A DNA stretch of 56,610 nucleotides from Myxococcota bacterium (GCA_040386535.1 JAZKFH010000009.1:337396-394005), one strand, 5' to 3'. Shown: positions 1 through 8,983, counted from the first letter of the stretch. The notes: generated by a model not told the origin, from the letters alone. Program-made: numbers and translations.

Positions 1-40
1 CCGATGTATCACCGACACACCGCAATGTTGCATCGCGGTG
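1..40. repeat. Repeat cluster of a ~10-bp motif (CGATGTATCA / CGACACACCG) plus an imperfect inverted repeat
   Basis: CCGATGTATCA at 1-11 is identical to 2266-2276. CGACACACCG at 13-22 is the reverse complement of 2256-2265. 18-27 and 31-40 form a 9/10 inverted repeat. Confidence 0.7.
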
Positions 41-88
41 CGGCCGGGCACGGTCCGGAGTAGAGGGAAGGTCGAGGCCCGCTTCCCG

Positions 89-2224
89 ATGTTGTTGCTG
101 CTGCTCGTTGGATGCCTGATCGACCGCGCCGGCTACGAGGAGCGCCGCGCCGCCCTCACCGATGACGATGGGGACGGCGCCTCCGAGGTGGATGGGGACT
201 GTGACGACGCCGACGCGGCCGTGGGGCCGGGCGCGACGGAGCGCTGCAACGGGGCGGACGAGGACTGTGACGGGCAGATCGACGAGGACGTGGCGGACGC
301 CGACTGGTACGCGGACGCGGACGGTGACGGGTTCGGCGGCGGGAGCGCCCTGCTCACGTGTGACCCGCCGGAGGGCTTCGTCGACCTCGGCGGGGACTGT
401 GACGACACCGACGCCGCGCGTTTCCCGGGGGCCGCGGAGCGCTGCAACACGCTGGATGACGACTGTGACGGCGAGGTCGACGACCCCGCCGAGGTCGAGC
501 CGCTCGAATGGTTCACGGATGCGGACGCGGACGGCTACGGCACCGGCACCCCGGTCGTCGGCTGCACGGATCCGGGGGGCGCGGCGCGAGAGGACGGGGA
601 CTGTGACGACGCGGACGCGAGCGCCAACCCCGGCGCCACCGAGGCCTGCAACGGCTACGACGACGACTGCAACGGCACGGTGGACGACGCCCCCGCCGTG
701 ACCTGGTACCTCGACCGGGACGAGGACGGCTACGGGGACGACGACTCCACCTATCTCGTGTGCTCGCCGCCCCCCGGCTACGCCGCGCTCGGCGGGGACT
801 GCGACGACGTGGACGACGCCCGCCATCCCGACGCCACCGACGTGTGCGAGGACGGGGTGGACGGCAATTGTGACGGTGTCGAGGCCCCCTGCGGGCTCAC
901 GCCCGGCGAGAGCACCGCCGCCGACATGAGCGCGCGCTTCGTGGTGTCGGGCAGCGAGACCTACGTGGCGCGCACCGTGGCGTCCGCCGGTGACCTCGAC
1001 GGGGACGGAGACGACGAGCTCGTCGTGGCGCGCCCGGGCAAGGACGATCTCACGGGCGCGGTCGCGCTGATCCCGGGCCGCCCTGGGCTCTATCTCGGCG
1101 AGTACGACCTCGACGCCGACGCCGCGCTCCTCTCCGGCGTCGTGGCAGAGGGGGCGTTCGGGTACGCGGTCTCCGGGGGCCAGGACACCAACGGCGACGG
1201 CACCTGCGATCTGCTCGTCAGCGCCATCAACGAAGACCGCGCCTACCTCTTCACCGACGGCGCCGCCGCGCTCGCAGGCGGGCTCGACAGCCGCGACGCA
1301 GCCCTCGTCCTGGTCGGGCCAGGCACCGCAGGCTCCTTCGGCGTGGCGGTCACCCTCCTCGGCGACCTCGACAGCGACGGCGTCGGCGACTGGCTCGTCG
1401 GCGACTACCTGTACGACGGCACGGGCGCCGCGTTCCTCTACTACGGGTCGGACGCCGGGGGCGGGCGGGAGATCGGGGTAGAGGAGGAGGGGGTGGTGAG
1501 GTTGCAGGCCACCACGCTCACCGAAGACGCAGGGCACGAGACGAGCCGGCTAGGCGATCTGGATGGCGACGGGTTGACCGAGTTCGCGATCTGGGACGCC
1601 CTCGTCGATTCGTCCGAGTCGGCCCATCGCGCCTACCTCGTTGTCAGCAGTGGGGACCGTTTGGCGCCCGGGGACCCTGGACCGCAGGCGGAGGTGTTCA
1701 CCGGCCCGGTGGAGGGCGACACGTTCGAGACCATGGTGGGGCTCGGAGACATGGACGGAGACGGCCACGAGGACGCGGCCTTCGGCGCATCCGGGCTCGA
1801 CGGAGGAACCGGCGGCGTCTACCTCCTCCGGGGCGCGCCGGTGATCACTGGTGGCCGCCCAATCGCGGGCGCCGCGTCCGCCCGCTTTCTCGGGATGGAG
1901 CCTGGACAAGGCTTGGGGCGCTCGATCGCGGGGGTGGGAGATCTCGACGGGGACGGCTATCCGGAGCTCGCGGCGGGCAACGCCCGCGGCGACGACATCG
2001 CGTCGGGGAACGTCTGGTTGTTCGGTGGCCGGGCGTCGATCGCCGGCGAGTGGACAATCGCCGACGCCTGGGCGTCGATCGAGGGTGCCAGCACCGAGGA
2101 AGAGGGGGAGGGCATCGCGGGCGCGCTCGATGTCAACGGTGACGGGGCCGCCGATCTGCTGGTGACCGCGTGGGATCCCGGCTCGTTGCAAGGTCAGGCC
2201 TGGCTGGCGTACGGAAAGAAGTAG
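89..2224 (+). CDS. Lipoprotein with 4 MopE-like Cys/Asp metal-binding repeats and a 7-repeat FG-GAP (integrin-alpha-like) beta-propeller
   Basis: ATG at 89 gives MLLLLLVGC (lipobox). Four DCDD...P...E.C..D.DC.G repeats. Seven D.DGDG..D/E repeats in the C-terminal half. Confidence 0.85.
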   Translation: MLLLLLVGCLIDRAGYEERRAALTDDDGDGASEVDGDCDDADAAVGPGATERCNGADEDCDGQIDEDVADADWYADADGDGFGGGSALLTCDPPEGFVDLGGDCDDTDAARFPGAAERCNTLDDDCDGEVDDPAEVEPLEWFTDADADGYGTGTPVVGCTDPGGAAREDGDCDDADASANPGATEACNGYDDDCNGTVDDAPAVTWYLDRDEDGYGDDDSTYLVCSPPPGYAALGGDCDDVDDARHPDATDVCEDGVDGNCDGVEAPCGLTPGESTAADMSARFVVSGSETYVARTVASAGDLDGDGDDELVVARPGKDDLTGAVALIPGRPGLYLGEYDLDADAALLSGVVAEGAFGYAVSGGQDTNGDGTCDLLVSAINEDRAYLFTDGAAALAGGLDSRDAALVLVGPGTAGSFGVAVTLLGDLDSDGVGDWLVGDYLYDGTGAAFLYYGSDAGGGREIGVEEEGVVRLQATTLTEDAGHETSRLGDLDGDGLTEFAIWDALVDSSESAHRAYLVVSSGDRLAPGDPGPQAEVFTGPVEGDTFETMVGLGDMDGDGHEDAAFGASGLDGGTGGVYLLRGAPVITGGRPIAGAASARFLGMEPGQGLGRSIAGVGDLDGDGYPELAAGNARGDDIASGNVWLFGGRASIAGEWTIADAWASIEGASTEEEGEGIAGALDVNGDGAADLLVTAWDPGSLQGQAWLAYGKK

Positions 2225-2255
2225 GCCGGCCGGCCGAGATACCCCCTGCATTAAC

Positions 2256-2300
2256 CGGTGTGTCGCCGATGTATCATCGATGTATCACCCCGAAGTATCA
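2256..2300. repeat. Tandem array of four ~10-bp units between convergent genes
   Basis: Minus strand reads TGATACTTCG-GGG-TGATACATCG-A-TGATACATCG-G-CGACACACCG. Confidence 0.75.
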
Positions 2301-4217
2301 GGGGCAGGGCCACGCCCCCAGCGTCACGACGTTGTCGTCCTCCACACACTCGGCCACCTCGCCCGCGGCGTCCAGGGTGGCGGTGAGGACCCCGGCGCCC
2401 CACTCCACCCGTTCGAGGACGATGGGGCCGAGGACGGTGCCGGCGCCCGTCGCGACACCGGCGGCGCGCTCGGTGTGGACGACCACGCCGTCCTCGCGGA
2501 CGAAGCTCACGTCGAAGGCGCCGGCGTCGACCAGGCCGGCGTTGGCGATCGGCAGCCAGAGCTCCACGCGGTCGAGCGCGCAGGTCTCGACACACACGTC
2601 GGGCGCCGCGGGCACGAGGTCGGCGAGCCAATGCGACGGGCCGAGCTCGGTGCCGCCGGCCCGGAAGTTGTTCCAGGTCGCCCAGTTGGGTGCCTGGACG
2701 GCCGGCACGCCGCCGTCGCCCTCGATGTTGGTGATGTGGTAGGCGTGCTGGTTCCAGATGGGGCGGGCGGGCGCCCAGGACAGGTTGGCGTCGCCGATGA
2801 CGGTGATGCCGTTCCAGCCGCTGCCGGAGCCATTGTTCGTCGACGCGACGATGATCTCGGCCTGGTCGTCGTGATCCACGTCGGCGATGACGGGGTACTC
2901 CCACGCCGTGCCGTGCATGTGGCCGTCGTCCTGCCACCGGGTCGCGCCCGTCGCGCCGTCGAAGATGTACAGGGCCACCTCGTCGGCAAACACGACCTCG
3001 GCGGCCCCGTCGGCGTCGAAGTCGAACACCGAGGAGCCGGTCGCTGACGACGAATAGTCCTGGATCGTGGCGCTCCACAACACCGATCCGTCGGTGTCGA
3101 GCACGGTGTACGCGGTGCGCCCGGCCACGCCGATCTCCGCGGCGCCGTCCCCGTCGAAGTCCGCGACCGTGGGCGGCCCGCCTCCACCGGCGCCGGTGCT
3201 CACCGACCAGATCAGCGTGCCGTCGGGCTTCCAGACGTAGACCTCCCCCACGCTGTGCACGGTGGTGACGATGTCGGGCCCGCCGTCGCCGTCGATGTCG
3301 CCGATGGCCGAGAAGCCGTCCGGGCGGCCGCTCTGGGCGAGGATGGCGCCATCGGTGTCGTACAGGGTGTTGCCCGCGGCGATCTCCATCGCGCCGTCGC
3401 CGTCGACATCGACCGGCACCGAGATGCTGCCCCAGCCGGCGTTGGAGTCGGGGCGCCCCAGGCCACCGGCGCCGATCCAGCGCTCCGCGCCGTCCGAGTT
3501 CAGCACGATCTGCCCCACGACCACCTCCACGAGGCCGTCCCCGTCGAGGTCGGCGAGGGAGGGGTAGCTGTACACCGAGGTCGCGGTGCCCGTGTACACC
3601 CACTTGGGGGTGCCGTCGGCCTCGAAGGCCACGATCCCGCCGGTGTTGGTGATGGTCACGAGATCGGGCCGGCCGTCGCCTTCGAGGTCACCGATCGCCA
3701 CTCCGCCGCGGTTGGACACGGCGTACGCGACGCTGTCGACGGTAAACCCGCTCACGCTCATGACCTCGGCGCTGCCGTCGCCGGAGACGACGCGGAGGTA
3801 GCCCGGCAGCGACGTGTCGGTCGTGGTGCTCGAGAACATCGTGTAGGCGATGTCGGGGATGTCGTTCGTGTCGATGACACCGTCGCCGTTGTCGTCCGTC
3901 AGGTTTGCGACCGCGGGCATGACGTAGGGGTGCTTGTAGGCGGGCTCCGACGCGAATTCGATCGTGCCCTCGGTGGTCCACTCCACGACCGGATCGAACG
4001 TGCCCGGCACCGGCTCGTTGAGGCAGGCGGGATCGACGGGCACGGACGGCGCGTCTGGCCCCAGGAAGCCGGCGCAGGTGGGATCCTCGACAATCGCCGA
4101 ATCCACGGCGGTGTCGATCGGGGCGGTGTCGGGGACCGGGTCGTCCACCGGCTCCTCGACCTTGGTGACATCGTAGTCCGAGCAACCAACGGCGAGGAGG
4201 AGCAAGGGGAGGCGCAT
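2298..4217 (-). CDS. FG-GAP/VCBS-repeat beta-propeller lipoprotein with C-terminal CARDB-like Ig domain
   Basis: MRLPLLLLAVGC lipobox. Repeated D.DGDG..EI motifs. WNQHAYHITNI and WNNFR motifs. C-terminus ends E.ECVEDDN, typical of CARDB. Confidence 0.85.
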   Translation of the reverse strand: MRLPLLLLAVGCSDYDVTKVEEPVDDPVPDTAPIDTAVDSAIVEDPTCAGFLGPDAPSVPVDPACLNEPVPGTFDPVVEWTTEGTIEFASEPAYKHPYVMPAVANLTDDNGDGVIDTNDIPDIAYTMFSSTTTDTSLPGYLRVVSGDGSAEVMSVSGFTVDSVAYAVSNRGGVAIGDLEGDGRPDLVTITNTGGIVAFEADGTPKWVYTGTATSVYSYPSLADLDGDGLVEVVVGQIVLNSDGAERWIGAGGLGRPDSNAGWGSISVPVDVDGDGAMEIAAGNTLYDTDGAILAQSGRPDGFSAIGDIDGDGGPDIVTTVHSVGEVYVWKPDGTLIWSVSTGAGGGGPPTVADFDGDGAAEIGVAGRTAYTVLDTDGSVLWSATIQDYSSSATGSSVFDFDADGAAEVVFADEVALYIFDGATGATRWQDDGHMHGTAWEYPVIADVDHDDQAEIIVASTNNGSGSGWNGITVIGDANLSWAPARPIWNQHAYHITNIEGDGGVPAVQAPNWATWNNFRAGGTELGPSHWLADLVPAAPDVCVETCALDRVELWLPIANAGLVDAGAFDVSFVREDGVVVHTERAAGVATGAGTVLGPIVLERVEWGAGVLTATLDAAGEVAECVEDDNVVTLGAWPCP

Positions 4218-4250
4218 CCCGGCATCCTACGCGAGGCGTGCCTGGGGCGG

Positions 4251-4275
4251 AAGTGTTCACCGGTGGTGAACGCTT
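4251..4275. promoter_or_regulatory. Palindromic operator-like site, copy 1 (AAGTGTTCAC-N5-GTGAACGCTT)
   Basis: 9/10 inverted repeat with a 5-bp spacer in a divergent intergenic region. The same motif recurs at 4788-4812. Confidence 0.65.
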
Positions 4276-4347
4276 GCTGCGGTCCGGGCGGCCGTCGTGG
4301 GTGGTCGGCTGCGGTCGTGGCAGGTATTCAGCCCATGGAGGAGCCAA

Positions 4348-4716
4348 ATGAGGTTGTTTCGTGTCGCCTTGGTGGTCGTGCCCGTATTGCTCACGCTCGC
4401 GTGCGCCGGCGCCGGAGAAAAGCCGGATGGGGCGGCATGCTCCGCGAATCCGGAGTGCGCGTCCGATTGTTGCCACCCGGACTTGTATTGGTGCAGCTAC
4501 CTCGACATCTGCATGGACGGTGACAGTGGCACCGGGAGCGACTCCTGCGGTGCCGGGTATGCCGGCCCGGAGTACGACGTACAATCCGACAGCTTCTGCA
4601 AGGCGGCGTACAACTACCGGTGCAGCGGCTCCGACGACGAGGCCGACGCGAACTGCGCGATCTACAACCAGATGGAGGCCGACAACCCGGGCATGCCGTC
4701 CTGTCCGTATTGCTGA
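4348..4716 (+). CDS. Small cysteine-rich lipoprotein
   Basis: GGAGGAG SD before ATG 4348. LLTLAC lipobox. GAACSANPECASDCC motif and many Cys. Confidence 0.8.
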   Translation: MRLFRVALVVVPVLLTLACAGAGEKPDGAACSANPECASDCCHPDLYWCSYLDICMDGDSGTGSDSCGAGYAGPEYDVQSDSFCKAAYNYRCSGSDDEADANCAIYNQMEADNPGMPSCPYC

Positions 4717-4787
4717 CGGCCCCTGTCGCGGTGCCGTGCGCCGCGCCGGCGCCCGCCGCGTGCCCTGGCGCGGCTGACCCGCGCCGA

Positions 4788-4812
4788 AAGTGTTCACACG
4801 GCGTGAACACCG
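4788..4812. promoter_or_regulatory. Palindromic operator-like site, copy 2 (AAGTGTTCAC-N5-GTGAACACCG)
   Basis: Perfect 8-bp inverted repeat GTGTTCAC/GTGAACAC with a 5-bp spacer, upstream of the vWA gene. Confidence 0.65.
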
Positions 4813-4925
4813 AAGAGAGCTAGGGGCCGACGCAGGGGTGACAGGCAGGGTACCCCGACGCGTGCGGGTTGGGAGCTGCTTCGGCACCCGATGGCACATC
4901 GCACACACACGCTGTTTGGAGCCGC

Positions 4926-6014
4926 ATGTCCTCTCTTCGCCACAGCTCGCTCGTGTTCCTCCTTCTCACCCTCGCGTGCGCCGGCGGAAAGGACAAGGAG
5001 GACGAGGAGGGAGAAGACACCAGCTCCGAAGGCACGGAGCCCGTGACCTGCCTCGAGCTCGATCGGCTGGACGGGTACATCGTGCCGCCCGCCGGCATCT
5101 CGCTCGGCTTCCGCGTGCGCGACTGCGACGGGAACGCCGTGCGGGGCCTCCGGTCCGAGGACATCGTCGTGATCAACGACGAGGACGGCCTGCCGTTCGA
5201 CGAGGGCGAGGGCGGCGCCGTCGCGGGCCTCGGCGTCATCTCCGACGTCGAGATGTACTCGGTGCTCACCCTCGACTTCTCCTCGTCCATCTTCGACGCC
5301 GGGGCCGAGGAGGACGTGGTGGATGGCGCGCTCGCCTACATCGACGCCACGCTCGTGGCGCCCGACTACCCGCTGGACCACCAGATCGCGCTCATCGCCT
5401 TCGGCGGGCCGACCGAGATCGAGGTGATCGCCGACTTCACCGACGATCCGAACGAGCTGCAACGCGCGCTCTCGCAAGCGCTTTCCGACGGGAGCCGTGG
5501 CACGACCGATCTCTACAACGCCTACATGTACGGGCTCTCGCTCGTCGCCAACGAGGGCTCGGGCGGCGCGGAGGACGCGGTGGTCGAGAAGTTCGTCGTC
5601 GTGATGACGGACGGCACCCACGAGGCGGGTGACAGCGCGAACCTCCGCAGCCAGGCGTTGGAGGCGCAGGCCCAGTCCGAGGCCACGATCTACGCGATCG
5701 GCATCGAGGGCGACTACGACGCGGCCGCGCTGCAGGAGCTCGCGAGCTCGCCGGCCAACTTCATCCCCGTCGACGGGTCGAGTGACCTGGGCGACGCGTT
5801 CGAAGAAACGTCGCAGCTCGCGCTGGCGCTCGCCCAGAGCAACTACGTCGTGGGCATCTGCACCCCCGTCGCGCTCGGCAACCCCACGCTCACCCTCCAC
5901 GTGACCGTGGATGAGGCCACCGCCTCCGAGTCGATCTCCTACCCGACCGACGACCTGACGGGCGCCATCGACGACTGTGACCCGGAAGTCGTCGCCGCCG
6001 TGATGGGCGGCTGA
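4926..6014 (+). CDS. vWA-domain lipoprotein with MIDAS motif
   Basis: LLTLAC lipobox. LTLDFSSSI (DxSxS), GTTDLYNA, VVVMTDG and IYAIGI motifs. Beta-strand segments flank the vWA domain on both sides. Confidence 0.85.
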   Translation: MSSLRHSSLVFLLLTLACAGGKDKEDEEGEDTSSEGTEPVTCLELDRLDGYIVPPAGISLGFRVRDCDGNAVRGLRSEDIVVINDEDGLPFDEGEGGAVAGLGVISDVEMYSVLTLDFSSSIFDAGAEEDVVDGALAYIDATLVAPDYPLDHQIALIAFGGPTEIEVIADFTDDPNELQRALSQALSDGSRGTTDLYNAYMYGLSLVANEGSGGAEDAVVEKFVVVMTDGTHEAGDSANLRSQALEAQAQSEATIYAIGIEGDYDAAALQELASSPANFIPVDGSSDLGDAFEETSQLALALAQSNYVVGICTPVALGNPTLTLHVTVDEATASESISYPTDDLTGAIDDCDPEVVAAVMGG

Positions 6015-6016
6015 TC

Positions 6017-8266
6017 ATGCGCCTCCTCCTGCTCGTGTCCCTCCTCGGCGCGTGCACGCCCAAGGAAGGCGAGCCCGTCTCCTCTGACGCCGACGGCGAC
6101 GGCTTTCTCGCCGCCGACGACTGTGACGACAACGCCGCCGCCGTGAACCCCGACGCCGCCGAGTTGTGCGACGAGGTTGACAACGACTGCTCGGGCGGGG
6201 TGGACGACGAGCCGGAGGACGGCCGCCTCTACTACGCGGACGCCGACGGGGACGGGTATTACGGGGACAGCGAGACCGTGATCGCGTGCAACATCCCCTC
6301 CGGGTACGGGTTCTCCCCCGACGATTGTGACGACACCAACGGCGCGATCTACCCGGAGGCCGCGGAGGCGTGCGACGGGCTCGACAACGACTGCGACGGT
6401 TCGCTCCCATCCGACGAGACGGACGCGGACGGAGACGCCTTCATCGCGTGCGCCGAGTGTGACGACGGGGACGGGGACACGTTCCCGGGCGCGCCCGAAG
6501 TGTGCGACGAGATTGACAACAACTGTGACGGCGAGGTCGACGAGAACGGGAGTTGGTTCCGGGACGCGGATACGGACGGGTACGGCAGCGCTGCGGACAC
6601 CACCCAGGCGAGCTGTGACGAGCCGCCGGCCGGGTACGTGGCAAACGACGACGATTGCGACGACACCGAGCGCGCGATCAGCCCGGCCGCGACGGAGGTG
6701 TGTGACACCGCGAACGACGACGAGGACTGCGACGGCGTCGCGGACGACGCGGATGAGTCCACCGCGGGGCAAACCACGTTCTACCGCGACGCGGATAAGG
6801 ATGGGTACGGAGACGACATCGGCACTCCGTTCTGCGACGCGCGGGCCGGGTACAGCACGAGTGGGGGGGATTGTGACGACACGACGGCGATCGCCAACCC
6901 CGCGGAGGCGGAGGCTTGTGGTGACGGAGTGGACAACGATTGTGATGGGAGCGCGGGGACGGAATGCGGGCCGGACGGTGTGGTCGAACTGTCGGATTCC
7001 TACGCTCGCATACGGGGAGAGGTCAGCGGAGATCACAGCGGCGAGTCGGTAGCGTCGGCGGGGGACGTCAACGGGGACGGCTACGCCGACCTGATCATCG
7101 GTGCGTACGGAGACAACGACGGGGGCTCCGATGCGGGCGCCGCCTACCTCGTGTATCATCCGGTGAGCGGCCGCCTGGAACTGTCCGCTGCGGCCGCCAA
7201 GCTCATCGGGGAGCAGGCCAACAGTTGGGCCGGCCTCTCCGTCGCCTCGGCGGGTGATATGAACGGCGACGGATACGCCGACCTCTTCGTCGGCGCGTAT
7301 GGAGACGGGGACGGCGGCTTCAACGCCGGCGCCGCCTACGTGGTGCACGGTCCGGTATACGGGGATCTCGACCTGTCACTGGCCGATGCCAAGCTCATCG
7401 GGGAGCGGACCAACGACCTGGCCGGATACTCGGTGGCATCCGCGGGCGACGTGAACGGGGATGGGTACGGCGACCTCGTCGTCGGCTCGATGGAGGTGAG
7501 CGACGGCGGCTCCGGTGCGGGCGCCGCCTACGTAGTGTACGGTCCGGTGAGCGGGGAACTCGACCTGTCACTGGCGGGCGCCAGGCTCATCGGGGAGGAT
7601 GCTGGCGACTATGCTGGATATTCGGTGGCATCGGCGGGGGACGTGAACAGGGACGGGTACGCCGATCTCATCATCGGTTCGGCGTTCGCAGAAGCCGCCT
7701 ATTTGATATACGGCCCGGTCAGCGGCGACATCGACCTGTCCCTCGCCGACGCCAGGCTCATTGGAGACCTCGGGATCGTCGGAAACTCCGTGGCAGGCGC
7801 GGGCGACGTCAACGCGGACGGATATGATGACCTGATCATCGGCAGCTTTGCCGCTACCGCCTACCTGGTCCTTGGCCCCGTCAGTGGGGACGTGGACCTC
7901 TCTCTCGCCGATGCCCGGTTTACCGGTGAAACCGCGGGGAGCTCCGGCGCCGGAAGCTCGGTGGCCGCGGCCGGCGACGTGAACGGGGACGGCTACGCCG
8001 ACCTGATCATCGGCGCGGCGTCGGACAGCGAAGGTGGTTCGTTCGCGGGCGCCGCCTACCTCGTGTACGGTCCGGTGAGCGGCGACCTCGACCTGGAGCT
8101 GGCGGACGTCAAGCTGATCGGGAGGGACGAGTCAGAAGGGGCCGGCTGCGCCGTCGCCTCGGCGGGAGACGTGAACGCGGACGGCTACGACGACGTGATC
8201 GTGGGTGCCTGCGGAAGCGGCCGCACCTACGCCGCCTACCTCATCCTCGGCGGCCCCGGCCTCTGA
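6017..8266 (+). CDS. Lipoprotein with 5 MopE-like repeats and 7 FG-GAP repeats (integrin-alpha-like propeller)
   Basis: MRLLLLVSLLGAC lipobox. Five CDD...P...E.C...D..C repeats. Seven GD(V/M)NxDGYxD repeats with GAAY motifs. Starts 2 nt after the vWA stop. Confidence 0.9.
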   Translation: MRLLLLVSLLGACTPKEGEPVSSDADGDGFLAADDCDDNAAAVNPDAAELCDEVDNDCSGGVDDEPEDGRLYYADADGDGYYGDSETVIACNIPSGYGFSPDDCDDTNGAIYPEAAEACDGLDNDCDGSLPSDETDADGDAFIACAECDDGDGDTFPGAPEVCDEIDNNCDGEVDENGSWFRDADTDGYGSAADTTQASCDEPPAGYVANDDDCDDTERAISPAATEVCDTANDDEDCDGVADDADESTAGQTTFYRDADKDGYGDDIGTPFCDARAGYSTSGGDCDDTTAIANPAEAEACGDGVDNDCDGSAGTECGPDGVVELSDSYARIRGEVSGDHSGESVASAGDVNGDGYADLIIGAYGDNDGGSDAGAAYLVYHPVSGRLELSAAAAKLIGEQANSWAGLSVASAGDMNGDGYADLFVGAYGDGDGGFNAGAAYVVHGPVYGDLDLSLADAKLIGERTNDLAGYSVASAGDVNGDGYGDLVVGSMEVSDGGSGAGAAYVVYGPVSGELDLSLAGARLIGEDAGDYAGYSVASAGDVNRDGYADLIIGSAFAEAAYLIYGPVSGDIDLSLADARLIGDLGIVGNSVAGAGDVNADGYDDLIIGSFAATAYLVLGPVSGDVDLSLADARFTGETAGSSGAGSSVAAAGDVNGDGYADLIIGAASDSEGGSFAGAAYLVYGPVSGDLDLELADVKLIGRDESEGAGCAVASAGDVNADGYDDVIVGACGSGRTYAAYLILGGPGL

Positions 8267-8285
8267 GACAGGGTACTCTCGGCCC

Positions 8286-8579
8286 GTGATCGGCCGCAGC
8301 GCACTCCTCCTCCTGCTCGCGGCGTGTGTCGCCGGGCCGCGCCCCGCGAGGGCGGCGCCCAACCGCGGGATCCGGGCGCGCCCCGACCCCGACGCCGGGC
8401 CCGGCGGCGACCAGCTCGAACACGCCGGCCAGAGCCACATGCGCGCACGCTATCGCGAGCGGTACGTGTCCGGGGACGTGAGGCGACGATCCGCGATGCC
8501 GGCCCGGGAGGAATGGCGGCCCGGGCGGGCACGCGCCTTGCTACATCGGTTGCCACCGGAGTCCGCATGTTCCTCCTGA
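8286..8579 (+). other. Possible small lipoprotein or decayed lipoprotein remnant
   Basis: GTG 8286 is preceded by TACTCT-N6 and encodes VIGRSALLLLLAAC (lipobox). The remainder is Arg/Pro-rich, unlike neighbouring proteins. Confidence 0.35.
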
Positions 8580-8962
8580 CCCTCCTCCTCGCCTGCAACA
8601 ACGACTGCTCCTACTACGAGCGCTGCGACGGCGACACGCTCCTCGTGTGCGGCGAGGGCGCCGATCAACAGGTGAACCGCAAGGTGAACGAGGTCCCGTG
8701 CGAGGCGCCCAACGCCGTGTGTGTCGAGGTGGGCGAGAACAACGCCACCTGCGCGCACGACGTCGAGCCCTGCGTCGAGGGACAGGCGCCCATCTGCGAC
8801 GGCGACGTCGTGCTCACCTGCGAGCCGTTCCGCTCCGCGATCGGCCTCCTGGGCGACGGCTCGGACCAGTCCTTCGTCCAGGCGGTGGACTGCGCCGCGC
8901 TCGACAAGGTCTGCGGCGCGGCGGGGGACACCGTCACGTGCGTTGATGCGGTGCTACCGTAG
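8567..8962 (+). CDS. Small cysteine-rich lipoprotein
   Basis: GGAG SD, MFLLTLLLAC lipobox, repeated CDGD..L.C motifs. Confidence 0.8.
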   Translation: MFLLTLLLACNNDCSYYERCDGDTLLVCGEGADQQVNRKVNEVPCEAPNAVCVEVGENNATCAHDVEPCVEGQAPICDGDVVLTCEPFRSAIGLLGDGSDQSFVQAVDCAALDKVCGAAGDTVTCVDAVLP

Positions 8963-8983
8963 TCCCCACTCCTCCGAGGTCCC

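Noticed and set aside
2256..2300. Possible mini-CRISPR array
   Set aside because: Units are only 10-11 bp with no spacers, and no cas genes are present.
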